Shown one piece after another: positions 11,880-26,088 of a stretch of DNA of 64,000 nt. Location of the stretch: assembly GCA_028023455.1 (NCBI GenBank), contig JAQFVV010000003.1:23808001-23872000 (forward strand). The letters are read 5' to 3'. Source of the stretch: Epiperipatus broadwayi. Lineage: Eukaryota > Animalia > Onychophora. Position numbers and translations under genes: made by a program. The notes under the pieces were generated by a model. The model saw only the letters and a list, made by a program, of their open reading frames with translations. It did not search any database and was not told the origin of the DNA. Numbering within the stretch: the first letter of the stretch is position 1; each line of letters starts with the position of its first letter.

Positions 11880-12560
11880 AATAAGCAATTTACCATTGTC
11901 AAACTCATTCCACTCACAACTTTGACACCATCCACCTCAAATAAATACAATAATAATTATTACTAATCATTTTCTAAACTAGAGATTATCTTTAGCACAG
12001 ATATAAACTTTAAACCTCAGTTAAAGATTAATATATCTGATTTTTTTAATTTTAAACATACATACACATGGAGATATTCACCTTTCTCTTTCCCATATGT
12101 AGTATCTTTATAAATATATTAAACAACCTTCATTCTTCCCCATTCTTTTTAAATTCATATAAAAATACAATAAAAGACAAATGCCCCCCAAGATGCATTT
12201 TGTGCTAAACCAGCACTCATCAGTTGGCCCAGGTCACTATCTCCCATATATATATCTATTATATGAAGAATAAATTGTTACATTTTTATTTACTATTGCC
12301 AAATTCACCCCACTCACAACTTTGACACCATCCACCTTAGATAAATACAATAATTATTATTACTAATCATTTTCTAAACTAGAGACTATCTCTAGCACAG
12401 ATATAAACTTTAAACCTCAGTTAAAGATTAATATATCTGATTTTAAAATTTTAAATATATACACACACGGAGTTATTCACCTTTTTCTTTCCTATGTGTA
12501 ATATCTTTATAGATATATTAAACAACCTCCATTCTTCCCCATTCATTTTATTCTTTATAT
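11880..12560 (-). mobile_element. Tandem ~400-bp monomer (~1.7 copies) carrying a hammerhead (variant A1); retrozyme/non-autonomous PLE-like
   Basis: cactcacaactttgacacc at 11911 and 12311 (period 400); hammerhead at 12186-12230. Confidence 0.8.
12186..12230 (-). ncRNA. Type-I hammerhead (variant A1), GAAA mutated to AAAA
   Basis: Minus: gggccaa CTGATGA gtgct ggttt agcac AAAA tgcatc ttgggg. Confidence 0.8.
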
Positions 12561-14559
12561 TATGTATAATATTGATAAAATGCTAGTATTTTAAATTAGT
12601 TTTGTCGAAAGTAGTTATGTTCAAGTGATCATAATTATTTAAATAACAGAAGCAGTTTACTATAGCAAGCACATACACATATTATATTCAGCTAATATGT
12701 CACTAACAGTATCTTAAAACTGATTTTATGATAAACATGAGAAGTAATCAACAATTCTTAGCATAACATGAAACAACACACATGCAGATTCATATATGTA
12801 TTCATCAACAATTTGAAATAGGATAAACAAACGTCAATAAACTCTTATAAGTAGATTGATGGCTAATAGCATTTTTTTAGGATAAATAATTTGGAGTCAT
12901 TAATTGTTTATATCTTGCATGTCTACCTCACAGGGATATGTTTACTTAAATTGTTTTGATTAATTTATATATAGATTATTGATCGAAAAATAGTTTGTCA
13001 AATGATGGATGAGATCAAAAGTTGAAGTGACATTTCTGTCTATTGTGAAACTTGTTACAGTTTAGCCCACTTCAAGTATGATCTTAAATTACAGCTAGAG
13101 GTGGTTTATCAGTTGAGGGATCATAACGTTGATTTCATTTATATTCAGAACTGCATTCTTGAATTACACACATATATATAAATTGTAAAACCAATTATGT
13201 ACTTAGGTATTGATTTATATGTTTTGCATTTTCATACTTCCAGGATATGTGACAATAACAGCTTGAAAAGGTTTGAGGAATGGTTGTTTGAGATTTTCAA
13301 ATAAATATTTTTTTCTAAATATATATATATTTTTTTATAAAAAAGAGATCTGAAAATTATACAAGCCAATCAGGTGAGCGAGTCCTTTCACTAGGAAAAT
13401 CAGTTCTGAATATCTGAAGAAGCAGATGAATTAGTTTACAAAATAGATCTTCAAGTCTAAAATTAATAATTTGTAAATAAATTGTTTAAAGTATTATTGT
13501 TAATTGTTTAGCATTCAGAGATCAAAGAAATGGACTGAATTAGAAATTGATTCAAAAACATTTAGTTCTTGATTTCATGCATTTACTATTCCACTACAGG
13601 ACAAATGAATAAATAACTGAGTATCATTAATAGAAAACCAATGGACCATGTTAAAAAATATATTTTCTATGCTTGCTAGAAATTATGTGCCCTTTTTTCG
13701 TTTTTTTTAAAGGTGTGTGTGGGCGTGAAAAATCTTTAAAAAATATTCAACTAGAATTTTTTTTGTTTATACTAGAAAAAAAAAATTAAATAGAATGCTT
13801 TTAACCCTCAAATCAGTTTTTTCAAATAATTTTGTTTTGATTAATAGAAAAACAGTGTTTTGCTTTGTTAAAATATTATTGTATTAGTTTATTATTATTT
13901 TAACTTGTCTTATTTTTACATATAGTAAATGAAGAACATGTACAGATAGATTGATATTAATCTGAAAATCTGGGTACAGTAGTGAAACATAAAAATGACT
14001 ATCTTACTTGGTTTTTTATTTTGTACAATGATGAGAATAAATAATGAATAAGCTGACATGACTTTTAACAACTTTTTTATAAAAAGAAAATGTAGTTTGA
14101 GAAATAGTTAGAATTGCGAGTAAATACATATTTATATACTTGTGGAATAAATCAAAATCCATATTAAAAAGTCAAAGTTATTGTTTGACGTCGTTGTGTT
14201 ATCTTAAGTGGCCCACACCATATTACAGGACATTAAAATGTGAAAACAAACTGTGTCTTTTTTTAAAAAAAAAATATTTTTACTATACAAAATCACATTT
14301 TTTTTTTTTAGTTTTAAAAAATATTGTATAGAAAATTAATATTTTTGTACAACTTAAGGATATATTTAATTTTTTTTTTATAAAATTTGCTATGAATGTT
14401 AGACTCTGACTCTATTTCTTTTAATCTTGACTAGTTTAATAATTTAGCTAATTGATATTAAAAGTTGTTGATAGATTTTATATTCCATTTTCTATTGAAA
14501 ATAAACTTAATATAGAATTGTGATTTTTTTATTTCTGAATTGTACAGACAATTTAAATG

Positions 14560-15985
14560 CCTTCCAGAAGCTTGCCAGTCATTTTATTTTAAATAATCCA
14601 TTTTCAGGGACTTCCAACACATGGTGTAAACAATATGGCTGAGTCTTAAGTTATCAGTATTTAATATTTATTTTTTTTTATATTTATCAGAATGATAATT
14701 AAAAAAAACACAAAAGTCCAAAGGGTTGTAATTAAAATTTTTTTAAATGTAAATTCACTACACCAATTAAAAAAATCTCAGTACACTCACAAATGATATT
14801 TTGAAGCCTTCTAACCATGTTACTTTCCAAACAGATAGGTGCTTAGAACATGTTTTACTGCCATTGCATCTTCATTTACACATAAAGTGTCCATATTGTG
14901 TCCATGATTACACACTTTTTGAATGGGCACTATCCTGTAATTTTGAAGATATTCCACTGCATCTTATTGTGTCGATGAAAGATTCCAAATTTTAATCATA
15001 TTTCCAAAAATGATAAGGCAAAAAAGAAATGTTAAAAAATTCCACTGTATATTAATGAATGTTTAAAAAATAATGATAATTTTAACAACATGTTATCTGT
15101 TTGCCTCTTATTAAGTGTTCGCCATGTGTTAACATTGGATGTTATGTTGTAAATGGAATTTATTAAAAAATGTATCTGAATTTTTTAAAATTAATCTTCA
15201 ATTTCATATACATTTGTTAATATTTTTTAAAGTTAACAATCTATACATGTGCAAAAAAATAATTTCGAAAAAAAAAATGTAAATAAATACTTCAACCCTG
15301 AAAATTGGTTTTTTTTCTTTCACAAAATTATTTTCGCGAATGTATATAGCTTAACTTAAAAAAAAAAATTAACAAACGTATTCTAAATTGAATGTTAATT
15401 TAAAAAAAAATTGAATACATTTTTTAGTAAATTTCTTCACAACATAACATCTAAATTGTTAACTCATGGTGAACACTTAACACAAGGCGAACAGATAACG
15501 TAGTTAAAATTATCTTTATTTTTTTTAAATTCATTAATACATGGTGATTGTTTTAACATTCCTTTTTTGCCTTATCATTTTTGGAAATATGATTAAAATT
15601 TAGAGTCTTTCAACAACAAAACAAGATCCAATGTAATATTTTCAAAATTACAGGATAGTGCCTGCCTGAAAAGTGTGTGATAATGGGCATGATATAACAC
15701 TTCATGTGCAAGCAGAAATGCAATGGCACATTTGGAAAGAAATGTGTTTAGAAGGCTCCAAAATATCATTTGTGAGTGCACTACAATTAGTTTACAGATG
15801 GTGTAATGAATTTACATTAAAAAAAATTTAATTACACCCCTTTGGACATTTGTGTTTATTTTATTTATCATCTTAATAAATAAATAAAAAAGTAAATATT
15901 GAATATGGTACTATACATGTGTTGCAAGCCCTTGAAAAATGGATTATTTAAAATAAAATGGCTGGTAATCTTCCAGGAGACATAC
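14560..15985. mobile_element. ~1.4-kb fold-back element with long diverged inverted arms (probably non-autonomous DNA transposon)
   Basis: ORFs 14801(+) and 15593(-) are homologous (ALSCNFE..LKDSKF), reflecting the inverted arms; no clear TSD or ribozyme found; ends approximate. Confidence 0.7.
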
Positions 15986-18900
15986 TACATAAGTATTGAT
16001 AAATTTAATTTTTTTTTAAAAATGTTCAGATAGAAAACTTAACATGTGGTTTTCCTTTTATTCATTTATTTATTTTTTGATGTTTAAAAAATAACTTCAC
16101 TTTAGAAGGTAACACCATATTTTATGTTAATTTGTTATTGAAACAGGTCAAAAATTTCTATAGTTTAAAGATTAATAAACTGACTCCATGGTTTTTCTTT
16201 TTCTTTTTTAAAAAAAAAACATTTATAGGAATAACAATTTCACATTACAGATTGCTGTATTTTTTGTTTAATTTTTTAAATTAATAGAATTAAATTTTTA
16301 ATGTAGAATTGAAAGTTTTTTATATTTATATGTCATGCATATTTGAGTATATATTTACATAAAATTCAGAATTTAACTGATTGTTTAACAATTCAACTTT
16401 TTTATTTATATACTGGATTATCTGGAAAGTGTTTGAAAAAGGAAAGGATTCAAATTCATTACATTTTTTAAAAAATATGTGACAATTTAATTAAATTTAC
16501 AAGGAAAGTTATTTTTATTAAATATATATATCTTATGGCATTTCAAATTTATTCTAAAATATTTCATTAAAGTTTTTTTGCAAACAAATGACTTACTTTT
16601 TTAATTTTTTTTTTTTGTTATCTAATATTGTTTTATTAGTTACAAACATTATCATCATCAACATAATAATAATTATTATTATTTGTCACATTTTAGTTGA
16701 AACCTTTTAGTATTTGAATTTTTTTTATTAATTATTTACATTTTATCTTAAACAATTCAAATAGTTTAAAATACCGATATATTTTTTCATTTCTGCAATT
16801 ATTTTTTTTTAACATTGAAAAATCATTAATTTTTTAATGTATTCTATATTTATTATTAGTATTATATTAATTTAATATTATATTACTCTCCTTTGATATA
16901 TACATATATGTAAATTTTTCAAGTTTTAAAAATTATTTCATCATTTAATAGCTAATTCTAATCAGGTTTTTTAAAAACCAGTTAATTAAGAATAACCTAG
17001 TTGGGTGGAAATTTTATATTTATCTATGTTTTTATAATTAATCTTGTGTAGTTAATTATCTGCTAATCAGAGATGTGATAAGAAGATTTATGTATTTTTA
17101 TTTTATTATTTTAATAATGCAAAATAATGTAAAAATTTTATCATGATACTTTGTTGATATGTTAGAAAAAGCAGTCTGAAGATCCTCTCAAAGAAGTTTT
17201 GATTTTTCAGAAACAGACAAATCATCTCAGATTATAATTTAATTTTGAGATTCCTATATTTAAAAATAATATTAGAAATGAAAAATATAAATAAATCAGA
17301 AAAAGAATATGGTATCTATTATTAATGCTAAATAGTGATTATCAAATATATATATGTGAAACAAAGGGAGAGGAACAAGAGAACTGAGAAATAATGGCAG
17401 TGTGAGAGTTTATTGCTGTAGTGGTAAAAATAGATAGATGTATTAGAGTAAATATTGCCTTAGAACTAAAAATAAAAAAATAGTTTTATTATTATAAATA
17501 TCATAAACAGTCATTCATAAATGAATGTGGCCACTCTAATTCTAGAAACAAACTTAGAAAGATAAAGAATAAATATTTAAAGTTGAGTTTTGCAAAGTCA
17601 AAACAAAGAAAAAAATGGAATAAGAATTGCCATGCATGTAATTAAAGTACAGAAATGTAGTTGCATAAATAGATTATTCCACCAATGGAATGAGTATAGA
17701 AAAATGACCAATAGCATGAGAATTTCATAATGATCAGATTCCTACTAATCTATATGGTCTTAAATCTTAAGATGAAAGAAGAATAGTAGGAGAATAAGGG
17801 AAGAAACAATGAAAAAAATATAAAGAAGTTTCTATTGAAATCTGTACTTGTTTTTGATGTATCAGTATCTTATTCTGCAAGATAACATTAGGTGCTTCTA
17901 GTTGGCCTTGCTTATTGGTTATTCATAATTAACTCCTATATCTGAATAGCATTTGATGTCACTTGATAGATCTCAAGTTTTCAGATTTATCTCATAATTC
18001 TTGATAAAGAATTTATATAAATAGTTTGAAACATTGTGTTACTAATTGTAATTTATATTTATTCAGATAATAATAATTTCAAATTTTAGCAAGAATTGGA
18101 GGAGCATTGTATAATATATTAATATAGTAGCATCCTATAACAGGTAGGTTATTGTCAGTAAGACTAAAAATTATTCTGAAATTCTGTTATCTTTGTACCA
18201 GTTAATACATTATTTATTATCACCATGCAACTAATTAGAATGCTGTGTCAAGTCAAGAACAGGAAGTTAAGAGTTATAAATTGAGTTTTCTTCCAGTCAC
18301 AGATTGAGATAACAAAGCATTAGAATATTCTGACCAAGTAATAACATTTCATCATTATCAATATTTATTTGTCATTCTTTATAATTCAATTTATGCTACC
18401 ATTTTGGATTTAGTATTATAACATAAAATAGTGAAGCCTCATATATTAAGATGCATATAAGATAATGAATTAAGAATAAAAAAGTAGAAGTGAAAGATTA
18501 ATAATTTTTTTAAGGTAAAATAACATAATAAATAATAATAATATGGTAATACATTGTTTAAAATCTTACAAGAATGATGGTTTACACATGGAAGCAATAA
18601 ATGATAGATTTTAACTGAATTATTAACTTAGAAATAATGTTAAAATGCTTGCAGACATTCTGTAGCAGATGCATATTCAAATTACAATTTAATAATGACA
18701 GAGTTGAAAGTAAATTTTAAAAGTATGAAAAAAGGGGATTATTAAAAAGATATTAAGTGATTACTTGAAATTCATTAATAAGTATATGAGTAAATATGAT
18801 ATAATTTTATCTAATTATTTTTAATTTTATTTTAATATTCAAAATAACTTTTATTGTTTGAAATAATGGGAGAAATTTTTTTTTTGTTTAATTTTAGTAT

Positions 18901-19379
18901 ATTTTTTATGTTTAAAATGATTTTATGTTTTTCCTTAATCATAATTTTCTATTTGCTGATTACTCAGGGGTGGAAAACCTCCAGTTTATAGGCCAACTCT
19001 GACTCTTGAAATTCTCAAACCATTAATACACATATATATATATTGTAATGGGCACATATGATGTTACATTGTTTTTTTATTATTAAACATGAAAAATAAA
19101 AGTTCGCAAATAAAACTTTTTTTTTTTTTAAGAATTAAAAATTGAAAATTAAAATTCTATACTAAACTCATATATATAAAATCGCACAGATGAAAAAAAT
19201 TATTAAAATAAAACTTTATTAAAAATAGAAAAGGTATTTTAAAAACAAAAACTTAAAAAGATTTGGAGATAAAAATATATCTTTAAGTTTGAAAACAAAT
19301 TAATTAATGTTATTGAAAAATGGAAATGATTATTTTAATTAGTCAAAGTGAACTAGCCTTTGGGCATTTAAATGTATAA

Positions 19380-21250
19380 GCAACGGTCAGATAGGAAAAC
19401 AATAGAAACTAATAGCAAATGAGAGAAATCCATTGGGAAATCGGACCTCAATGGAAGGATCATCATCATCGATGATGTAATGTCCATTGGATCCTAAAGT
19501 TACATATAAAAGAAAAAGTTTGATAATAAAATTTTTAGTGAGTGAAGAAAATTGAAGAGATGTGACTATATGTGTTAGTGTGGAGTTGAAGGAGAAGGGA
19601 TTGAAAAGACGCACTCTTCAATCCCTTCAATCTCGTTAAAAAAATGAAAGAGATGTGACATCGTTTTCCTAGATTGAGGACTTTAGGACATCGAGGGAAT
19701 TAACGCTGGCTCCAAATGGCAAGCAACTGCAAGAAATTAGAAACCACAGACTTGTTAAAACCGTAAGAACTTTATAAAATCTAATGAACAATATTAATTT
19801 GAAAACACTAAGAACTTTAAAATATAAACTTTCCCAGTATTTAATTTATAGAAATAGAATCCTATCTGACCAAACTAAATTCTTTATTAATTCTTTTTAT
19901 TTGATGTATTTCTTTTTAAAATCATTTCCATTTATTTATTTTTTTGTTCTTTTAAGTTTTATTTATGATTGTTGTTTGTTGCTAATTTAATATTATATAA
20001 ATGTTAAACTTAAGTCGGGCGTGAATGGCTATATAGATTTGTAAAGTTTTATTAGGGGAGGGTAATCTTAGGTTATTCGTTTCGTAGTTGAATTGGGTCA
20101 ATGGATTGGATATATTGGTGTAATTAGTAGATGTAATACGAGATTTGCTACATGCAGAATTGCTGTTTACGCCGCACACAACCGTTTTGCCTATGGAAGG
20201 GATTATAAGACGTAGAACGCTGTTCCTTCCTATGGAGTTTTTTTTTATTGCTCTTATCATCAGATAGATGTAGTATTCCTATCTGGCGAGAGTCAATTTT
20301 TTCTCTTAACCTATTTGTGCTGTCGTATTCATATTACATTGAATGCATCGATATATCAGATGGATTGATGTTGGTTTGACTGCGAACTTTTGACCTAAGG
20401 TTAAACAAGGATAGAATATTTTCTTTTCAAATGCAAATCTATGTAGTCTATTTATACTTGACACTCTAAATAAAAATGCATTAAATTTAAGTTGGGTATA
20501 TACGTTTGCATGGATTTGTTATCGGTTAATTATGTTTTGGTTTTCATATTTGATCAAAATATATAGACATTCAGTAAATAATGATACCTTACGGTGAGTA
20601 TCTAAAATGTATTTATTCGGATGTCTTTTAAGTTATTGGTGTCAATGCGGCATCTTATGATGAATGCTATTGGGTTACTTATAAATTTCCCTCTGCAATT
20701 CCACCAATGATTTTATATTTTGATCGTTTATATTTATTTTGAAATGTTTTTAACCGTGAAATCTATGTAACCGATCTATACTCAACATTATAAAACAAAC
20801 TGTTATAAATCCATCTGTGCGAACTTAAAAAAATGTAAATTAAAATCTAAAATAAAAGTTTAAAATGTAGTTAAATGCTAAAGTAAACATACTAAAATAG
20901 TAATGCTAAATTTTATATATATGTGTAAATAAATAAATGTTTGTGTGTTAATTACTGGCAGTGGCTTCTTTTATTTAATTTTTTATATATTCTCAGATAG
21001 GAATTTATTATAAAATATAAATCTCTGCTATTCCACTGAGCTAGTGACAATGGGCTAACGACCGGAATCAAAATATATAAAATAAAAAATAAATTTATTT
21101 ATTTTTTTACTTACGTACCTGCCTACTTTATAAATTTTCTAGGTTCAAATGCCTAGTGGCGCCCTGTAGTGTAGATTACGTTAAGTCTCCTATTCTCTGG
21201 ATCATTATAATATATAGTGTACCCGTATAAAAATCTTCTATTCAAATATG
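19380..21250 (+). promoter_or_regulatory. CpG-retaining, promoter-like region with + strand splice donors at 19763 and 20594
   Basis: Many more CpGs than flanking DNA (by eye); aaaacc|gtaaga and ttacg|gtgagt donors. Link to peroxidasin is inference. Confidence 0.5.
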
Positions 21251-21399
21251 CACTAAGTGCAAATATTGACTTAGGAGTTAAGTAAAATAAAATATTTATT
21301 TTCTCAACTACATCTTTTTCTCTCTCCAATTTTTATAATAGTTGTACTACATTCTCAAATTTTATTTCATTTTATTATTGTTGTTTTTTATTATTATTA

Positions 21400-22111
21400 G
21401 AATAGCTAGACTGGGTGAGGTAAGACAAATTAACATAGAAAATTGCATACTTCAAAAGAAATATGCCAGTGCATATTTTTATTTTATAAAAAGAAATAGT
21501 AAATTAATGTACCTGATATATCTGGAAAATATTTCAGTTAATAATGAACACCATATTAAGAGACACTATTTATCAAAACATTCTGATTACAACAAAATTA
21601 TTGGAAAAAAATATTAAAATAGAGCTTCACCAACTAGGTGACATGCCTTATAAAAAGTACAATACAAGTCAAAAAATTCTGTTAAAGCAAATTATTTTAA
21701 AAAAGCAGAAAATTTGAAACCATTTTCTGATGGGAAGTTTATAAAATACTGCTTCCTTACTGCTTGCTATAGCATTAAACTGTTCAGAATATAAAAAGAG
21801 ATTTGAGAATGTAAATATGTCATGCAGAGAGTTAGTTACAGAGTGAATGGGAAAAATTATTATTAAATGTGGGACAGTCATTAATAATAATAGTGTTACT
21901 TTATTTTTAATTCACAAAAAATTATGGCCCTCTTTTAAAAAGAGAAAGTTGAAATTGGTCTGCTAATTAAAAAGATTGCCACCCTTAATGATTAGAGGTA
22001 AATTAATTAAATTTTTGATCAAATATAGTAGACTAATTTTTAAGTTGTTAATGTTGTGAATGATATAAAAATACAAATGGCCCTTGGCAGAAAAATGGTT
22101 CCCCATCTCTG
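21400..22111 (+). mobile_element. hAT (Charlie/SPIN, GTF2IRD2-like) transposase remnant with right TIR
   Basis: RQINIENCILQKKY...YLIYLENISVNNEHHIKRHYLSKH and KPFSDGKFIKYCFLTA motifs; end tggcccttggcagaaaaatggttccccatctctg resembles a ...TTGCCCACCCCTG TIR. Confidence 0.65.
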
Positions 22112-22369
22112 CTTTACCTATCTTTATGAAAGTAACATAATATACACAACTTATTTAAATTAATACTTGAGTTCAAATGAAAACTTCTATATCTGGAAAG
22201 ATAAACCTGTTGTTATAAATATTTATGATTAATAATTTATATATAAATTTTTGTTCAATAGGCTCTCTAGCAAACCAAAAAAATTCACTTTAATTATTTT
22301 TTTTTTAAAAAAAAAAAAAATCAGTATAAAAGTTTTAAATAATGTAAATTCCAACCTTATGTGAATCCC

Positions 22370-23690
22370 TTTCTGTTAAGCATTGAGGCTTCTCTTAAAG
22401 GGATAGACATTCCTTTGCTGAAGAAGAACATCCACCACATTTCCTATATGGATGATGTGGTGGTATTTCTCTCTTCACAGGCAGTGTTTTCAAGGCTGGA
22501 GAAGCTCTTGGACTGATTCGAATTATAATTCAGTCTAAGGGTCAATGAGGAGAAATCGGCCATATTGTTGATTAGGACCAGAAAGCAAATTTCCGGCAGG
22601 TTTAAGGCTCCTCAGAAGTTCCTGGGATTCTATCTTGCTCCCCCCCCCTTTAAAATGAAAGAAATCCAAGTGTTTTATTAATTAAAATAGGGAAATTTGC
22701 AGTTTTCCTGGGAAAAATCTACCTATTCCTATTTGGGAAAGTAGCATTGATGAATGCAGTCATGGCTCCAAAAATAACATATTTCCTTGTGGGGTTTTTT
22801 CCAGCGAAAGCCTTCACAAGGAATGTTGAAACCCAATGTAGGAAATTATGTTGGAGGGGAAAGGCTCCTATCATCAGCCTAAACCTCCTGCAAAAACTTA
22901 GACAACAAAATGGATTAGGTCTACACTTGATTAGGACATTTTTAATGCAAAACATGGACAATATTTTCTGCAAACTTTTTATTAATAATCCAGAGATGGA
23001 AGGTCCAATCCCACCTCAAGAGATTATCTTTATGGATTGGCCACCTCCCATAATAAGTAAACTTTGGATCCAACAACAGGTGAAGCTGGTACTTGATAAT
23101 TTCAAGACCAGTGTTGCCTCAACACTATTTCAAAAATATGATGAATTATTGGAGCACATATAATGCCAAAAATTCTAACAAGCCAAATATTGAAAATGTA
23201 CTTCCAATTGGGATTCTAAGGTTCTCGAGGTTTACTAAGTGACTAAAATTGGAGACTAGATTTGTTGATTTTCTCATCAAGGTCAACCTTGCAGCCTTGC
23301 CTATGGCTGCCTTCTTGCACTATCAACACAGTTGTAGTATGGACCCTACCTGTTCAATGTGTAGAAAATGAGAGGAAACAGTGGAACATATATTGGAAGA
23401 ATGTGAAACATGGATTTATTTGCACAATATTTTGAAGTCATTCATTGCAAACAAAGAGACTGCCTGTGTTGATTTAATAAAGGCCTTCAAGAAAGGATTT
23501 TTTGGACGGACTAGACTTGTAACATTTATTAACTTTAGTATTTGGTCTCTCATGAATAGACTGCTCATTGAAAAAGGTATGGATATTGAGTCATTAAAAT
23601 GATTTTGGAATCATTACAAGAATTCAAAGCTGATAAGAAATTCTGCCAGAAATGATTGACAGATTAAACATGGTCATTAATAAAAAAAAG
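22370..23690 (+). mobile_element. Decayed L1/Tx1-clade LINE fragment (RT C-terminus to zinc knuckle)
   Basis: YMDDVVVFL (~22445); LCWRGKAPIISLNLLQKLRQQNGLGL post-RT motif; DPTCSMCRK*EETVEHILEEC knuckle. Confidence 0.8.
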
Positions 23691-24419
23691 TCAATGATAA
23701 ATACCAGAAGTAGTTAAGTAATAAAATTGCACATGGAGATAGTATAAAATGTATTTAGTAATAAAACTTAAGTAAGTTATTTAATCTAGAAACTGAACTA
23801 TTACATGAAGATGGATGCTAGAAGAGTGGGAAATGAAATGCAGACAAGGAAAGATGTACAATTGGTGAATAATATTATCGAGCAAGAAATTTGCTTTAAT
23901 TTTTTGTTATTGGTCATAAAATTATACCCCTTTATTAGATTTTTTCTATTTATTGGAGAGTAGTTTTTTTTTTTTTAGATATTATAGTACTTGATTAATA
24001 AAATATTGAGAAATGTGTTGTGGTTTGAAGTTACTCAGATGTAACAAATAGATTATTTTTATGATTTTGTCTCAACGAATTGAGAAGCCATGTTATAAGT
24101 GGACATAAAAGTTCAATTTTGATAAATTTAAAACAAATTATGTATAAATTGAATTGTATATAATAATATTTTGTCTAGATAGTTGATATGACCCACAGAG
24201 GGAACACTGGATTTAAGGTATTATTATCAGAGAAAACTGTAATTTAAAAAATTTAACATAATAGAAATACTATGTTATTTTTTATGTAATTCCATCACAA
24301 TGCTATGTATTATGATTGAAATTTTGCATTTGATATGTATATTTTGCAAATCCGTTTTGATTGCGAATAAACTTCAATTTTGAAAGTAATATCAAAATAA
24401 TGTATTATGTTACATATAC

Positions 24420-24700
24420 TAAGCCTGTCCATTAAAGTATGAAGATTGGCTATCTCAATATAAGCTGAGCTTTGATTGTATATATGTGTGGAGATGATAA
24501 TCTGGACCATCTGATGAGTACTGGTTTAGCACAAAATATGGATATTGGTGATTGTTTATCTTTTCAACATGTGTGCGATCAAGTATATCAACGGTATGAG
24601 ATAGCATGGAGGGTTGAGGGTCGAGTGAAAGTCTGAGTTCAAACCCCCTATATATTATATATAGAAGTGCAGGTATAAAAAAGCCTGTACTGTAGAAAAA
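24420..24700 (+). mobile_element. Solo copy of hammerhead family A2
   Basis: ggaccat CTGATGA gtact ggttt agcac AAAA tatgga ta ttggtg at 24504-24550; flanks align with 26480-26757. Confidence 0.8.
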
Positions 24701-26088
24701 AATTATATTTAAAAAGGATAATAATTATAAAGATTAGATAAAATAATCTTAAAATAAATCATTATGGGAGTAAATAGCTTTTTCAATTGCTCCTTATAAA
24801 AAAAAAAAAGTGAACTATATTTTTCAGGCTTACCAATTGATCAAATAGTGAGGATTTGAGAAAATTTCTATTTTTGTTTTAATTTCTACCTAACAAAACT
24901 AGATACCCATTTACTGACAAATATTGAGTGAGTACCTAGGCTGTGTTGTTATGGTTTAGTCATTTGAAAGAGAAATTTTAAGCCTGATTAAAACCTGATA
25001 AATTTTTCAAGTTTACCTGGTTCAAATTTGAACTTGGTTATACATTTTTTAATATAAAAATATAATCAAATTTAAATATTTAATTGCAAATATGTTTAGT
25101 TTTTCATAAATTAGTTAACTAGTTTATTTATTAATAAATCAATTGATAAAAAAATATGTAAATTTTATTGATAATTATTATAATCATATTAGTTTATTTG
25201 ATAAGTAAAACTTTTCATTATAGAGATTCTTTAGTTTTCAATTTATATGATTTGCTATTACTGCAGTCAAGCAAGATTCGAAATCAGTAGTAGAAGATCC
25301 AAAACATTGATTTTCTGGGCTCTTGATAATGGGATGTAACCACACATCTTGCTTTAATTAGTGTGTTGTTTCACAATAATTATTCTGACAGTGTTATTTG
25401 TTTATTGTGTTCAATTAAGCATTCTCTCACAGTATGTTTGTATTTTATTTCTATATATGGTTGTTGCCATATTGTTTCACAGTTGAAATAAATAAATTTA
25501 GTTATTTGTAATGATACATTAATGATTTTTTTTCTAAAATTATGTATTTACAAATATTTAATGGCCACAGATCTCCATCAAAAGTGGATTATACATTCTA
25601 TCATTATGATTTATTTATTTATTTTATTATCTACTATTGGATTGGTTGAGGATTTGGCCTTTTCAATTAATTTTCATATTTCTGCAGTTGGCTGGAGATC
25701 AGTTTTTTTGTTTGAAATAAATATACTTTATTAATTTTATCTTTTGAAATATAATGATCAAATATTTTATTGACTCTTTTTTTAAATATATATATATTAA
25801 TTCATTTATTAGTGAATAAATTAATTTATTACAAATTAAATAAACTGTGGATCCACGTACAGATACACATTAATCACATTACAGCAATTTTTATGGATGT
25901 AATTATTTTTGAACATATGTACACTTTACCTTGTTACATTGAATCACTGTGTAATCCTCAATGGGTAAGTGTACCCAAAATTTTTTTGTAATCTTTTATT
26001 AATAAAGGTTACTTTGAGAAAAAAAAAAAAAATTAAATAAACTAACAATTATATTTAAAAAGTAGTGTTAATAAACATAAATACTATT

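Noticed and set aside
18965-22111. Single hAT element capturing the CpG-rich promoter (left TIR-like at 18965, right at 22111)
   Set aside because: Left remnant is only ~50 bp, no TSD links the ends; two independent fragments are more parsimonious.
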